Source: Octopus vulgaris
Lineage: Eukaryota
Direction: 5' to 3'
Assembly: GCA_951406725.2 (NCBI GenBank)
Contig: OX597820.1
Span: 62,372,001-62,436,000, forward strand
Length of the DNA stretch: 64,000 nt
Part shown: positions 26,729-40,206 of the stretch, in pieces
How positions within the stretch are numbered: the first letter of the stretch is position 1
How the letters are laid out: every line of letters begins with the position of its first letter
Position numbers and translations under genes: made by a program
Notes under the pieces: model-generated
Databases searched by the model: none
What the model saw: the letters and a program-made list of their open reading frames with translations, nothing else
What the model was told of the DNA's origin: nothing

Positions 26729-27070
26729 TGGAGGCGCCAAAGGCCCAGTGGTTAGGGCAGCGGACTCGCGGTCGTAGGATCGCGGTTTCGATTCCCAGAC
26801 CGGGCGTTGTGAATGTGACAAGGGGTGTTGGTGAAACCTGCTGTCCACTTTCACCACAACTTTCTTTCACTCTTCCTGTTTCCCGTTGTACGTGCATTTC
26901 AAAGGAACCACCCTTATCACACCTTGTGTCACGCTGAATCTCCCCGAGAACAACGTTAAGGGTACGCGTGTCTGGGGAGTGCTCAGTCACTAGCACGTTA
27001 ATTTCATGAGAAGGCTGTTCCGTTGATTGGATCAAGTGGAACCTTCGTCGTCGTAAACAACGGAGTTCCA
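26729..27070 (+). mobile_element. SINE family C (tRNA-like head), tail type 1
   Basis: A-box GGCCCAGTGGTTAGGG, B-box GGTTTCGATTCCC; tail ends CAACGGAGTTCCA; same tail at 43368-43736. Confidence 0.88.
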
Positions 27071-27492
27071 CGTTGTGTGTGCATTTTTGAGTGCTTATAT
27101 ATGCGCACATATACAAGTTTATCTGATTCTTTATGCAATGGTAGTACGTTGTTTTCAATTTATATAACGCTTGGCATGGCTTTCATGATTTCTTTAATGA
27201 ATTCAATCGTCTAGTATTATTTTTCTTATTGTCATTTTTATTGTTGGCATTTCCAATTTCATCGCACTCCTCAACACCATAATATTTATCCTTTTATCAT
27301 AACTTCTAGCGATATTTTGCCATTTCTCTGGTGGAGTTTATTGTCTTACAAACAAAGAAATGGATTGCAGTAAACTGCTTTATGAAGGAATGGCACAAAT
27401 ATTGCAGTTTCCACTTATGTCCTGTTATGTATCAATGTTTGATTCATCACTGGTTCGATAGGTAGTATTTGACACATAGACAACCGCTATCT

Positions 27493-27552
<60 letters not shown>

Positions 27553-27934
27553 GTGCACTCAAAGAGATTAACGTTTGTTTTTATGTTCTGCTATATATAC
27601 ATGTTTGTATTTGTTTGTATGTATGTATATATATATATATATATAAACAATGCAACTTTTGACCGAAGCGTTGTTCAATACTTCTAAGTAAAGATTAACT
27701 ATTACATAAAAAAGATTGACAGTGACTTCGAAGTTTTGGCATGCTCACATTCATCAGTAAATATATATGCATATATATATATATATATCTTCTTTTAGTC
27801 ATCATCCTTTAAAATTTAAGAAAGTCTTGCTAATTTTTATAGTCCCAGATATCGCGATCATTTGTAGCACATGAATTATGGACTTGCATTCACTCTCCAA
27901 GATCCCAAGTTCAGCCATACCTTGCTCAAGACTT

Positions 27935-28116
27935 GTTGCCATAAGGTCTGTAAATGTAAGGGAGGCCTCAAAAGACAATTTATGATTCGCAAAGATCATA
28001 ACTTAGCTGCAGCCTGTGGTGATCCAAAGCAGATATGCAATTTATGTGGGTGTCTTTTAAAAATATTGCCCGGTTTAAAAAGCCACATCATATGCCATGA
28101 TAGATATAAGTTGTAA
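27935..28116 (+). pseudogene. C2H2-like zinc-finger fragment, probably the end of a LINE (RTE-like) ORF
   Basis: CCHKVCKCKGGLKRQ...ICNLCGCLLKILPGLKSHIICH. Confidence 0.5.
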
Positions 28117-28273
28117 GTACAAGAGTTGGTCAAACTCTGTATAAGGACTATACAACCACCATATATATATATATGTATATGTATGTGTGTGTGTGTATGT
28201 TTTCTTTCTCTTTTTAATTTTATAGACGATATTGACCGGCCACCTACTTTGTATCAAGGTTGTCAAAGAAAGA

Positions 28274-28650
28274 ATCTTCTTTTGGTCATCATTCTTTAAA
28301 ATTTAAGAAAGTCTTGCTAATTTTTATAGTCCCAGATATCGCGATCATTTGTAGCACATGAATTAAGGATTTGCATTCACTCTCCGAGATCCCAAGTTCA
28401 GCCATACTTTGCTCAAGACTTGTTGCTATGTATCCTATCGCTCCAATAATAATGGTTATGAAGTTGAAAGTATAGCTTGGGTACTGAATTTGCAAATACT
28501 TCATTAATAGTCCATAGATGTCCTCTTTCTTTTGTGCTTTTCTAACCGCAATCGTGTGAAGAGGGGCAGATGATTTCTACACTAGAACAAATCTTCTCTT
28601 TGTGGTCCCAAACGATAATGTCTAGCCAGTTGTGTTTTAACTTAGTGCCT
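28274..28650 (-). mobile_element. Restriction-like endonuclease C-terminus of an R4/R2-group non-LTR retrotransposon; last 153 bp duplicated at 27787-27939
   Basis: Across frameshifts: KHNWLDIIVWD...VEIICP...KKEDIYGLLMKYLQIQYPSYTFNFITIIIGAIG...LQMIAISGTIKISKTFL. Confidence 0.7.
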
Positions 28651-29422
28651 GTCTTAATGTATGTAAGTATACACTAACACACACAAAAGTTTGCGTGTGT
28701 ATCTGAATGTCTGTGTGTGTATCTGTTGGCATTCAATACAACTAAAATATTCATAATCCCTAATGCTGCGCTGCGGGCATCCGATCATTCCGCGAATAAT
28801 CTGGGCCTGCTTCTCTTGAAATAACTGTTACTTGGATATATTTTGAAGTATTACGTGTAAGTTATGAATAGATTGCTTATGTTAAAGTTTATTTAAAAAA
28901 ATTACGAGACACACACTCAAAAACCACAACAGCAAATTCACGTCTTGAATTTCATTTCAAATGCTTTAAACACCATACACTCGATGACAGTTGAATAGTT
29001 TTCTTCATGAAGAAGGGGTATGTTGTCATAATCGTTGCTGCGCATGGCAAAATACTAAGTGGCAATTCTTCCTTCTTTATGTTCTGGGTTCAAATTCTAC
29101 AGCCAACGTCAATTTTCGCTTTCATCCTTTCGAGGCCGAAACAATAAGTACCATTTCAGTGCTGGGGTCGATGTAATCGACTGAACTCCTGGGCCGAACT
29201 TGCTGGCCTTGTGCTAAATTTTTAACCCACTATCATTCTTCATAAAACTGTGCTGAATTTTTAAGCAATACTTTTTAAAGTCAAAGTTTGCATGTGCGCG
29301 GTTTGCACGCACTGCCACATTTACATAAATAAATATTAACATAAATACGTACGCAGACACATATACATGCTCATGTATATTCGCAAATATATACACATAT
29401 TTAAGTATATATATATATATAT

Positions 29423-30040
29423 ATAACATAAGGGACTAAAGCCATCTGAATATGGCTAGGGACAGGGCAGGGTGGTGGGGTGTTACTGTTGCATTTAGCC
29501 CCAGGAGAACATCGACGTCGCCAGATAGGCTTGACACCATCACGGTGTCCTTTAACCTGCAAAGGAGATAATTCCCCGATGAAGCGGAAACCACACACGG
29601 ACCATGGTTTCAAGGTGTATTGCCTATCATCAACGTGTGGTAGGCCCCCGCTTCCTCGACGAAATCTCACTCTGCAGGATTATTATTGCTGTCGAACAGA
29701 TTTTCGAAATCAGCAAATGTATTTTGCTGAAAATCTATATATGAATATCCTGCAGAGTGAGATTTCGTCGAGGAAGCGGGGGCCTACCACACGTTGATGA
29801 TAGGCAATACACCTTGAAACCATGGTCCGTGTGTGGTTTCCGCTTCATCGGGGAATTATCTCCTTTTGCAGGTTAAAGGACACCGTGATGGTGTCAAGCC
29901 TATCTGGCGACGTCGATGTTCGCCTGGGGCTAAATGCAACAGTAACACCCCCACCACCCTGCCCTGTCCCTAGCCATATTCAGATGGCTTTAGTCCCTTA
30001 TGTTATGGAGCAGTTACTGTCTATATCTCATTTAGAGAAT

Positions 30041-30045
<5 letters not shown>
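29423..30045. mobile_element. Near-perfect foldback element: ~258-bp arms, 66-bp spacer, one-sided ~38-bp tail
   Basis: 29423-29680 is the reverse complement of 29747-30006 with about 3 differences; flanked by (TA)n on both sides. Confidence 0.95.
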
Positions 30046-30104
<59 letters not shown>

Positions 30105-30442
30105 GTTTGTATATATATATACACGTTTGTATATTCATTTTGCAAGATTCTTGATGTGAATTCGTGTGTTGCAACAGACATTTTTTATTTTGGGGATGGC
30201 CATGGTGCCAATTGAGCCAATGATACAGAAGTTCAAAGAAGAAATATGCATTTAATTAAACACTAATGTACAAATATACACGTTAGTTTATACATTTGTA
30301 ATACCTGTATAGACCAAATCGCATACATATAACAGTGTGCTTAATAAAGATGAGCAGGGTCTGTTTCATTAAAAAAACAAAAATATAGTCTGCCGAGCAA
30401 CAATGTGTATATATTTATATGTGTATGTATGTGTGTATGTAT

Positions 30443-30552
<110 letters not shown>

Positions 30553-30808
30553 ATAATAATTATTATTATTACAAATTTGGGATTTTAACAATAAGATCAC
30601 AACTTCCGTTTCAGGACACTCTTATTTACTGGAGTACACATAGAAAATTATATCCAAAATACTTATCTAATAATATAAGCATTTGAAAGGGTACTATAAT
30701 ATACAATAAGAATAAAGTACATTAGAATTAATTATAAATTATTTTAACAAGTTTTTAAAAATATATATAACTTGCCTGTTACTGTGGGGAAGGAAGATAA
30801 TATTAATC

Positions 30809-30893
30809 AATGCTACACGTGTTTCAGCGCTGGTGGTTTGTTTTACCAGGCTATGCCTAATACATAAATCTACCAGTACATCTTCAGGCTATT
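30809..30893 (-). ncRNA. Hammerhead ribozyme in the putative 3' pLTR of the adjacent PLE
   Basis: AATAGC CTGAAGA T GTACTGGT...ACCAGCGC T GAAA CACGTG TA GCATT; palindromic ACACGTGT, GUA site; same strand as and downstream of the GIY-YIG fragment. Confidence 0.65.
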
Positions 30894-30986
30894 TTCCTCC
30901 TTTTATTATTATTATTAATGGATCCAACTTAATCCTACAAATTCTAAGATATCTTCCTTAAAATAAGAATAAAAATAAATAAATAA

Positions 30987-31112
<126 letters not shown>

Positions 31113-31211
31113 ATAACTTCCTAATGTATTTTCCTAAAATTAAAATATAAAATTTTTTAAAATTCAGAAAAATTTAGTAAAATGGAATTAAACACCTAAA
31201 AATACAATAGC

Positions 31212-31282
<71 letters not shown>

Positions 31283-31919
31283 TTAGAAAGTGCTACACAT
31301 AAAGAAATCCTCATCGACTATTTCATAAATGCGTCAAATTAAACCATCTATCTATATAAACTTTACGGGGATTAATAATCTATTGTGAAATTTACCCCTA
31401 TCAATAATAGTATATATTACCACTATTATGACAAACGTAAGATAATATTTAAACAGAAAAAATCTTCTATATATGTTATAAATCTATTGAATAAAACTAG
31501 TAAATGAAACTATTTACCACAATTAACAAAGGAAGAATACTGATCTGCATGTTTACTCCTTCTTTATCCTGTTCAAATGGCTGCGCGAAGTATTATGAGA
31601 GAAAATTCACTACTCTATAAACATTCTTTAAGACTAATATCATTTGAGAGGTTGAATACAAGGGGAGATAATAAGATACTCTTATCTATAGGTATAATTG
31701 GATTTTTTTTCAGTGTTAAAGATTTAGAGATTTATTTTATTTAATATGTGGCTTGTCTAATCCTTTTTAAGGTAATATTCTTTACGTTTTTTCCTTGGTT
31801 TTAGATATATCCGTATCTAATACTATTATATAGTTCTATTAAAAAGTATATTAACTATCTCCCTCGTTAATTGTTTACTAGATTACATACTGGGGGAGTA
31901 TATTTTCATATAGTTTTCA

Positions 31920-32320
31920 TTTTGTTATACATAAAGCTATTTTTGTGTCGGCATTTTAATTTCCTTCTCATCAGCACTGTTCAGTAATACTTTTTTTCGA
32001 CTGGAATATTTTCATAAACTCAGTAGTGCATAACAAGCACATTTTCTTACCTATTCTATATGACTTCGCTCTACTAATGATATTCCAATTCAGGGTGTAT
32101 TCTATTTTTTTTCAGATTTCAATTCCCATATATATTTACTTAGACCTGTCGAATTACTCAATTTGGGATTTTTAAAGGATAGATAGTGCTGGGAAATTCT
32201 CCTTTTATTTTCATTCGCTGTGGATCCTATATATTCTCTTTTCTTCTTATTATTATTAGAGGTTACAGCACATTTATAACTTACATTATCTAGGTTGCAA
32301 CTATTATTAAACAGCATTTT
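31920..32320 (-). mobile_element. Penelope-like GIY-YIG endonuclease fragment (second lineage)
   Basis: [12 protein letters not shown]...EYIGSTANENKRRISQHYLSF...NSTGLSKYIWELK, then WNIISRAKSY...CLLCTTE...LLN. Confidence 0.85.
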
Positions 32321-32421
32321 GATTTATTTTGAAGTAAAAACATATTCAAACTTTCTAGTAACAAGGTACAGAAATATTTTCCTGCAATGCTTTTCTGCTT
32401 TATTTCTTTGTGCAAAATGCC

Positions 32422-32497
32422 TTGGGCGTGTTTTCTGTAAGCCATCTATTTATGTTGTTTATAGAGTATATACTATTACCAAATTTAAATATATATG

Positions 32498-32537
<40 letters not shown>

Positions 32538-32588
32538 TACATACATATATACATATATATAGATACACACATATATATATATTTATAT

Positions 32589-32621
<33 letters not shown>

Positions 32622-33340
32622 CATACATTCATACACACACACATATATTTGTATAGTGTATATATATATATGTATATATATATAAATACACACACACACG
32701 TATATATATATATACATTTGTAAGTATATATATGTGTATATATATGCATATATGTACATATACATGTATGTCCATGTTTAATAACAATACATGTGTACAT
32801 AAATGTCATGTATATTTTAAAATACTTCATATGTATTATATATATGTGTGTGTGTTGTGTTGTGTGTGTGTGTAAGTATATTGATGCAGACGAATAACTC
32901 CAAATGTAGACATAATACGCATCTGCGCTACACGAGCACAAACATTATAACAGACAGGAAGAAGTAGAACTTTTGAACCATTCTGTAAGAGATGCTGTAA
33001 ATGAGAAGGGTAGGCTGAAAAACTATAATGTCCACCAAACCAAGAAAATGCCTGTAACCAAGCATTGGGCGCCATCGTTTACAATGAAAGGCAATAAACA
33101 TATAAATAAATAAATAAATTTGTTTCCAAATTGAATTGGGCGTGTTTTCTGTAAGCCATCTATTTACAGGTTGTACGCAAGCGCGCGAACACACACACTT
33201 ACACACACACATACGCACGCACACACACATGTATATATGTCTAATTGTATGTATATATGTATACGCACACATATATTCATACATGTACATAGATATTTCT
33301 ATATAACAGTACGTCTCTTTGCATGTATATGTATACATAC

Positions 33341-33375
<35 letters not shown>

Positions 33376-33416
33376 CATACACACACACACACACACATAT
33401 ATTCATATATACACAC

Positions 33417-33463
<47 letters not shown>

Positions 33464-33576
33464 TACATTCATACACACACACATATATTTGTATATATAT
33501 ATATATATATAGAAAGTATACACATGTATATATATACATATATTGATATATATACATATATATGTGTGTGTATATA

Positions 33577-33621
<45 letters not shown>

Positions 33622-34027
33622 TTGTAATATATATATATGTGTATATATATGCATATATGTACATATACATGTATGTCCATGTTTAATAACAATACATGTG
33701 TACATAGATTCATATGTATATACATGGATACATACATAAAAGTAGAGAAATAACATGTGTGTGTGAGAGAGAGAGGAGGGAGAGAGATTGTGAGAGAAGA
33801 AATGGTGAGATTAGTGTGAATCTAACGGAGAAAAGTGTAACAGACAGGAAGAAGTAGAACTTTTGAACCATTCTGTAAGAGATACTGTAAATGAGAAGGG
33901 TAGGCTGAAAAACTATAATGTCCACCAAACCAAGAAAATGCCTGCAACCAAGCATTGGGCGCCATCGTTTACAATGAAAGGCAATAAACATATAAATAAA
34001 TAAATAAATTTGTTTCCAAATTGAATT
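32422..34027. repeat. Imperfect tandem duplication (units 32422-33137 and 33136-34027)
   Basis: 190-bp block 32948-33137 matches 33838-34027 with 2 substitutions; 31-bp start block and internal blocks are also repeated. Confidence 0.92.
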
Positions 34028-34156
34028 CAACTCTCAGACCGAATTGTAAGTTATATCATCGGTAAAATAATGCATCTAATATTAGCAGGCAACTCAGTGG
34101 TGATATATTCTTGGTTATAGTTATACACACACACTCTCTCTCTCACACACATATGC

Positions 34157-34205
<49 letters not shown>

Positions 34206-34208
34206 ACA

Positions 34209-34247
<39 letters not shown>

Positions 34248-34452
34248 AATATATGCACACGCATATATTCATATATACATACATAGATATGTATACACAT
34301 ATTGCTATAATACATATACACATATATATAGGCATATATATTTTTGTGTGTGTGTTTATATTTATGTATGTAAGCACATATGCATACGTATATTTTTCTA
34401 CTATTTCCTTATTTGATTTCCTTTCTTTTGTTTTCGCCATTTGTTCACGTTT

Positions 34453-34502
<50 letters not shown>

Positions 34503-35422
34503 CATTTCTATTAAGTGTGTAAAGTGTATTGTTGCTATGTTTGTGCGTACATCAATGCATTTGTGTCATACAGTATGTAAGTATGGATGTATGTACACGT
34601 AGTTAGGCAGATAACCGACTTGGTGAATGTCTTCATGTTTCTTCGTATATAAATTAACGTGGAAACGTACCTCGTTTAAGAGAGTGTATACGAAAGCATA
34701 CTCATATATAAACCCATACAAACACAAAGCTATATTTGTAGCATGTATGTCTTTGCGTATGTATTATGCATATGTAATATGGGTGTCAGAAATTGTTTTA
34801 TTGTTTACTGAGATTTCTAATGTAAATGTTTTCATTACACGTATACACGTCGCCGTCTAAGAAAAAATTGTGGAATTACGTTTTGAACCCAATTTTGTTC
34901 TCTTTCCTTTTATTGGATATAGGCAAAAATATACAACAGCCATATTCAGAAGCGGGACAAGTGAGACTAAACTGTGTTTTCATTTAAGATCAACTCTGAC
35001 ACCTATGTGCTCTACAAATACTTCTTGGCTGTCATATATAACTAGACTTATGATAAAAACATGTCACTCTCGACCAAATAAATAAATAAATAAATAAAAA
35101 CAAAAAATATCAATACCCTCAGTAACGGAAAGAGAATATCTAACAAAATTTTACCTTGTCTAGAATAAAATAACAATTCAGAAGTTTGAATACGTTCACG
35201 ATCCCTTCATTTCATCTTTCTACAAGGTTCTCGATACATTATCAGCAGACTGGAATCTAAGGAGTGTTTGGAGACAGGATGTTGATGCTTACTCTAGGAG
35301 TCATAGTGGGATTTTGAAAATCACAGAAAGCGTCTTGGACAATTACTGATATACTACAGCTACCCCACCAAGACGTAATCGAACTACTGGGAATGACTCT
35401 GCATATTATACCTGGGGCCCCG

Positions 35423-35471
<49 letters not shown>

Positions 35472-35474
<3 letters not shown>

Positions 35475-35682
35475 TTAATCCAAGCATGAAAGCACAAAGA
35501 GAAAACACAACAACGCGAGGACGTGGAACAAATATAGTAGTATTGGACGCTCAGGAAGGGAGGGAAGAAGGAGGGTTTTACGTTTCGAGCGGAGCTCTTC
35601 GTCAGAAACATAGGAAAAGGAAAGATCCAGAGCAGGGAAGACGGAGGAAAAAAAATTGCCAAGGGTACACACGAGGTCACAT
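35472..35682 (-). mobile_element. Short PLE pLTR-like repeat inserted in (TA)n
   Basis: Same family as 18938-19107; carries an intact hammerhead. Confidence 0.75.
35575..35609 (-). ncRNA. Minimal type I hammerhead ribozyme, intact consensus
   Basis: GTTT CTGACGA A GAGC TCC GCTC GAAA CG TA AAAC: perfect 4-bp stems I and II, GUA site, ACGT palindrome in place of stem III. Confidence 0.75.
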
Positions 35683-35739
35683 TTTGAATGTATATATATA
35701 TATATATATATAAATATATATACTCTCTTAATCTTTTAC

Positions 35740-36131
35740 TCTTTTACTTGTTTCAGTCATTTGACTGCGGCCATGCCGGAGCACCGCCTTTAGTCGAGCA
35801 AATCGACCCCAGGACTTATTCTTTGTAAGCCTAGTACTTATTCTCTCGGTCTCTTTTGCCGAACCGCTAAGCTACGGGGACGTAAACACACCAGCATCAG
35901 TTGTCAAGTGATGTTGGGGGGACAAAAACAGACACACAAGCACACACACATATATATATACATATACACGAAGGGCTTCTTTCAATTTCCGTTTACCAAA
36001 TCCACTCACAAGGCTTTGGTTAACCCAAGACTATAGTAGAAGACAATTGCCCAAGATGCCACGCAGTGGGACTGAACACGAAACAATGTTCTTGATAAAC
36101 AAGCTACTTACCACACAGCCACTCCCGCGCT
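35740..36131 (-). mobile_element. SINE family B
   Basis: Full-length match to other copies. Confidence 0.9.
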
Positions 36132-36563
36132 TCTATTTACTTTCTATTTTTTTTACCACACATTTTTCGATTTTAATGAAGATTTAATTGCTATTTCTAA
36201 CCAGTAAAACTACCATCAAGAAACTTCTTTGTTGTCGCGAGGTATGTTTATATGTATCTAAGGTATCTCTGAAGATGTATATGTGTATGTAACTGTATGT
36301 CTAAAAAGTATATGGGCATGCGTGCGAGCGTCTATGTGTAAGAATGTATGTGTGAGTTTGTATTGCTTTCTACAAGTGTTAATGAGAGATATGTCAGTTC
36401 ATCACTTGTCACTCTCGCCCCTCTCCTCTAATCCATCTTTTAATCAGTTGTCTGAAAAATAAGCTTCCTTTATAAGGACATCAAAATCATCTGCATTTAC
36501 TTTCTTAGATTCTTTCAGACATCCTTTCCAACCTTTTTAACTTGCTTGCATTCATTCAGCTTT

Positions 36564-36606
<43 letters not shown>

Positions 36607-36611
36607 AGTTT

Positions 36612-36654
<43 letters not shown>

Positions 36655-36754
36655 GTTATTCTATTTTCATGTCCCAATCATCAGTTAGTCAGACAAAAAG
36701 ATACACGTGTAGAGGTGATTTAGTTAAATCTCTGCAATACCGATTAGTTACCGA

Positions 36755-36813
<59 letters not shown>

Positions 36814-36949
36814 GCAACAACAGCAATAATAATGATGTCTGTAACAGCAAGAGCAACTACAAAACGATACCGTTACCACCGCTACCATTACCAGTACTAA
36901 CACCAACAAGCAACAACTACAGCACTAAGACCAACTCTGCCGCAGCAGT

Positions 36950-37430
36950 TGAGACGCAATGGCCCAGTGGTTAGGGCAGCAGACACGCGGTCGTAAGAAC
37001 GCGGTTTCGATTCCCAGACCGGGCATTGTGAGTGTTTATTGAGCAAAATTACCTAAGCTTCACGAGGCTCCGGTGGAGGTGGTGGTGAACTCCGCTCTAC
37101 TCTTTCACCACAACTTTCCCTCACTCTTCCTTCCTACTTCTGCTACAAAGCAGAGGAATCATGATGTAACCCACTATGGTGTGGTAAACTTTCAGATCCT
37201 CGTCGAGATTGCGAATCCTATGTACATCAGGATGGTTCAGCTCTCCACCCGTTAAAAGCCACCATTTACGGAATGAGGATAACAACGTAGCTTTCGCGCC
37301 AGTGCAACCGCCAGCCTATCGCGTATGGTGGGTGGATCTTCAAGTTGCCACACGCATTCTTAGTAGCTTAAGGTAGGCTCGAATTAGAGATTATTCTTTG
37401 TGATTAATGGAGTGAGTCCTGATTGAAAGA
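36950..37430 (+). mobile_element. SINE family C, probable tail type 2
   Basis: Family C head and body to ~37140, then a distinct GC-richer segment ending before (GAA)n. Confidence 0.7.
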
Positions 37431-37439
37431 AGAAGTTGA

Positions 37440-38687
37440 AGAAGAAGGAGAAGCAACAACAACACAAATACAAATAACTCTATAACTAACATCATCTTCA
37501 ACTACCAAAGACAATAACAACTTTACTAACTCTACCGTCACAACAATAACCACAACAACGACCGTCACTACAACACAAATGTACCACCACAACTTCTGCG
37601 ACTACGACTACCGCTACCACCAAGACAATCACATCACATCACAACATCACAACAGCAATATTCTACCACTTTCAACACGGCCCAAACAATCAACTGAGGC
37701 TGCCATACTAACAACTACTATCTTTGACTATCAGGCATCGTACCGTACAATTTCAAGGGTTTGGCATTTACCTTCAATAAAACCGGCGCCATTAGTATCA
37801 CCCTCACCCACCACCATCACAGCTATACCCAAATATCTCACCCACCACTACTATCATCTCCACTAATATCACTTCCATCATTATTACCTTCACCACCACC
37901 ACCACCAACACCACGACTACAATCACTACCACATTTACTATCATCTCACCTCTACCACTACTACCACCAACACCACTATCTCCACCACCACCGCGATGCC
38001 TATCACCACCACCACTATAACCAACACTACCACCACCACCACCACCACCACAACTACAATTACCACCACCACCACCACCACCACCACGACTACAATTATC
38101 ACCACCTATACTACCACCTCCACCACGACTACAATTATCACCACCTATACTACCACCATGACTGCCTCTACTACGACATTCATTATGATCACCTCTACTA
38201 CCACCACCATCTCCACCACAACCACCGCCACCACTATCATCACTTCCACCGTCAGAACGACTACCACCACCTCCACTCCACCTCCCTCATATTGATTGAC
38301 TACTAATACCATCACCAGAAACACCACCACCACCACCAACATCATCACCACCGGTACCATCATCAATAGAGCCATCACCTTCAAAAACACCTAATTGTAC
38401 AACTTATCAGTCTACAAGCGTCATCACAACCAGAACAACACGCAAATTGAAACGTTCAAATTCTCCATCGACATAAGCTTCATCACCGCCACTTCCACTC
38501 TGCGCCACCTCCACCACTTACCATCAACGACGAGGAAAACTAATTGCCTCACGACTAGCTTTTTTTTTTCTTTTTCGTAATAACATTTTTACAATGTTCT
38601 GTTTATGTTGTTGCCGATGTCGTTGGAATTTTAATTTATTTTTATTAATTTCCCTCTTGTTCATAATCATCATCATTGTCGTCGTCG

Positions 38688-38763
<76 letters not shown>

Positions 38764-38945
38764 TCCTCCTCTTCATCATCATTATCAGCATTATCCTTAT
38801 CACCATTACAACCACAACCATCACTAATACCATCACTATCATCATCCCCATCATCATCGTCATATCATAATCATAATCATCATCATAATCATCATGATCG
38901 TCATCGTCATTATCATCATCATCATCATTGTCGTCGTCGACGTCG
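37440..38945. repeat. Degenerate (ACC)n then (ATC)n trinucleotide arrays
   Basis: Directly visible; source of the poly-H/T/I/D/M ORFs. Confidence 0.93.
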
Positions 38946-39246
38946 TTGACGTAGTTGACGTAGTTTTGAATTCCACAGTCGTCGTCATCACTCTCTGTTA
39001 TCAGGACGATTCATCAAATCTTAACACAAACAAACGACAGACTTTCTATCTATTGTTTCGCCCTGCAAGTGCTAGCACTCAAATCCACATCAGATTACAC
39101 CACAATCAACTCAGAAAAGGATACAATAATTCCTCAACAACCGCGGGCGTTACGTTCCAAAACCCTTCGCAATAGGTGAAAATCAACAAAGTAGAAACAG
39201 TACTGTATATTTTTTTAATGATTTTTCTAATTTGTATATATTTATT

Positions 39247-39420
39247 TTATTACCCCCGCCTTAGCGAAGGCAGATGTATTGTTTTCAGTCATGTTTGTTT
39301 GTTCGTGGACAATACGTCTCAAGAAGCACTGGATGGATTCGAATGAAACTTCCAGGGAGTTTGGCTTCGTGACTGGCATGAACTGATTAGATTTTGGAAG
39401 CGAACAAAGTACCTGACAAG
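39247..39420 (+). mobile_element. Helentron-associated (HINE/DINE-like) non-autonomous fragment
   Basis: TTATTACCCCCGCCTTAGCGAAGGC...(GTTT)n...TGGATGGATTCGAATGAAACTT...GATTAGATTTTGG layout typical of these elements. Confidence 0.55.
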
Positions 39421-40206
39421 GATTTTGGATTGTTTTTCCGTTTTTTTTTTTCACTTTATTAATGAGAGCGGTCGGGTTCTTTTTAGTATTCTCGTTATAA
39501 ATGCAAAGCAACACTACGGTGGAATCGACATAAGCTTAAATCATAAACCGCGATAAGTGAACCTTGACATGGCGAAGTAATACTGTACTTTGGTTTTCTG
39601 TATCTAAGGGGTATTGACAGATGTCGCTTCAATGCCTATGCATAAAGATTTTTAAAATGAGGAGAGGTCTCCCATACAATCAATCCCAGTCTTTGATCAA
39701 CGATGACAGATACCTCCAAAAGAACTAGTTAAAATCATTGGTTACCATCAAGTCGCAGGCTTCATATCAGGGTTTTTCATTTAGAGAGATGTTCAAGACG
39801 CGGGGTCACTCACTCGCAGTAATTTGGTACACGATGTCTATATCATCATTCTCATGGTTCTCTGCTAACCGGACATGTACCTGCTCGTTGGTGAAAACGA
39901 GCGAATCCTCTGCACAGCCACAATGTTTCCCGCACCAACGTCATCAGTTTGTCGATGATTGCTGCAAGAACACCCGTTGTCATTTGAAATAGCAGGACCA
40001 AGCTCGTGTACTTTACTGTTGACTTTAACATGACCATCCGTCCTTTCACAGGTTTTGTTTTTCATTCTGCAAACTTCTAATCACCTTCCTCACTAAGCAA
40101 GCTTAACGGAGTTGCCAGTTTAGGCGCTGACGACCCGACCATGCTGTAGGTTGTACAGTAATTACATGTTATCAGTAGCGCCCACAAGCAACCTGATATG
40201 AATATA

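Noticed and set aside
26729-26800. tRNA gene
   Set aside because: A and B boxes are present, but it continues into a repeated SINE body with no proper acceptor stem; the same applies to the other SINE heads.
26663-27757. Hammerhead-like remnants at 26663-26702 and 27720-27757 (minus, shared ACTTCGAAGTC)
   Set aside because: Core mutated (CCGAUGA in one, AAAA for GAAA in the other) and stem I missing; probably dead relics.
29575-29605. CCGATGAAGCGGAAAC in the palindrome arm as a hammerhead
   Set aside because: No stem II and no UH cleavage site with a matching stem I.
34839-34960. Candidate microexons at 34839-34856 (minus) and 34923-34960 (plus)
   Set aside because: On opposite strands with no independent support; such patterns arise by chance in AT-rich DNA.
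37761-38306. His-rich or mucin-like Thr-rich ORFs
   Set aside because: Degenerate trinucleotide array open in several frames; no splice or domain support.
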